DNA of 62,543 bases, filler included, from Sphacelaria rigidula (Eukaryota): assembly GCA_964200075.2 (NCBI GenBank). It is 10 parts of 10 records of this genome, joined end to end, with 100 filler letters (N's around TTAATTAATTAA, not from the genome) between each part and the next. Parts side by side here need not be neighbours in the genome. Positions count along the whole stretch, not along the records: positions 56,380 to 62,543 come from CAXNAA020021817.1; 9 more parts are not named here. One strand, written 5' to 3'. This document shows, piece after piece, positions 62,363 to 62,543 of this stretch. Within the stretch, counting starts at the first letter, position 1. Each line of letters opens with the position of its first letter. The notes under the pieces are model-generated. The model saw only the letters and a program-made list of their open reading frames with translations. It was not told the origin of the DNA and did no database searches. Made by a program: the position numbers and the translations under genes.

Positions 62363-62543
62363 GGCTCCGCGCCCATAGGGTAACCTCTGCATTGATGTGC
62401 GCAACTTGATTAAAGCATAGGACCCATATTTTTTCTCAGGTCATGACCTGAATAACGCCTGCCAATTCAAAAAATCATTGATGTGCATTGATGTGCACAG
62501 CCAATCACAGCCCACAGAAGCGAGAAGTATGGCACGAACGTGC

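Overview
Repeat-rich eukaryotic DNA, most consistent with a brown alga (Phaeophyceae): GT-AG introns, 72-bp LRR exons, TTAGGG tracts and Copia/Gypsy elements. The window is not one locus. It is ten unplaced contigs of 6164-6165 bp joined by nine identical 100-bp linkers (N44-TTAATTAATTAA-N44), so adjacency across linkers means nothing. Contents by contig: (1) decayed Copia element with a deleted integrase core; (2) a 527-aa ORF combining a PIN/XPG-XRN-like nuclease segment with a 9-Cys CXC cluster, apparently the 3' part of a larger decayed gene and the best candidate for an uncharacterised mobile-element system; (3-4) MITE and modular repeats; (5) two isolated 72-bp LRR exons and a tRNA-derived SINE; (6) Gypsy gag-pol relic; (7) TIR element with a ~43-bp array, a SINE and the last two exons of a host gene; (8) Gypsy relics; (9) SINE, Tc1/mariner-type MITE and decayed ORFs; (10) first three exons of a secreted GH114-like glycoside hydrolase with a polybasic linker, plus five copies of a TG...CA element carrying telomeric repeats. 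All family calls come from motif recognition by eye; no database searches were run.
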